Shown here: positions 63,693 to 64,000 of the stretch, piece after piece | Position numbering within the stretch: the first letter of the stretch is position 1 | Layout of the letters: every line of letters starts with the position of its first letter | From: Fimbriosthenelais zetlandica | Taxonomy: Eukaryota | Assembly (NCBI GenBank): GCA_977030845.1 | Contig: OZ365113.1 | Coordinates: forward strand, 2,604,001-2,668,000 | Direction: 5' to 3' | DNA: 64,000 bases | Program-made: the position numbers and the translations under genes | The notes under the pieces: model-generated | The model's database searches: none | Seen by the model: the letters and a program-made list of their open reading frames with translations, nothing else | Told to the model about the DNA's origin: nothing

Positions 63693-64000
63693 GTAGGTTT
63701 TTGAAAAAAAAATTTCTCTCTCCTTTTATTCCAGGTTAGAATAAGAGAATTAAGTGAAAAAAAATTGATCAAGTATTTTTTTTTTACATCAGGAGGTGCA
63801 GCTATATTTCTTGACCGAATATATTTTCTTTTTAGGTATTTTCATATACATTTTAGGGTGTGGGATTCAGTGTCCAACTTGATTGTGTAAGGTCTTGGGT
63901 TCAATTCTTCCCACAGTCCTGGAAAATCCTCGACTGGGCGACAATTTTTGTGTAGCAAAAACTGCACCAAAGACACTAAATATCTCTTAGCAACTTGCAG

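Overview
Intron-rich, AT-rich animal (invertebrate-like) genomic DNA with three short N gaps. Hand-spliced gene models, left to right: (1) the right part of an autonomous PIF/Harbinger DNA transposon (<1-7050) carrying a spliced DDE transposase (+) and a convergent spliced Myb/SANT-like gene (-); (2) the 3' part of an MGAT5-like GT18 glycosyltransferase (+), whose coding exon is cut exactly at the transposon end; (3) an ankyrin-repeat/SOCS-box gene (-), head-to-head with (4) ZC3H3 (+); (5) a large-Maf bZIP factor with a single coding exon (+); (6) a complete 14-exon RRP9/U3-55K (-), head-to-head with (7) a group-I-type PAK kinase (+, runs off the window end) that has two tandem-duplicated, apparently mutually exclusive CRIB exons. 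Non-coding features include hAT- and Tc1/mariner-type non-autonomous elements, a dispersed 44-bp minisatellite found four times in the same orientation relative to its host genes, other tandem repeats, and motif clusters (GATA, TAGGCCTA, CRE). The most notable points are the apparently recent exonic Harbinger insertion into MGAT5 and the switchable CRIB exons of PAK. Family assignments come from recalled sequence motifs, not from database searches.
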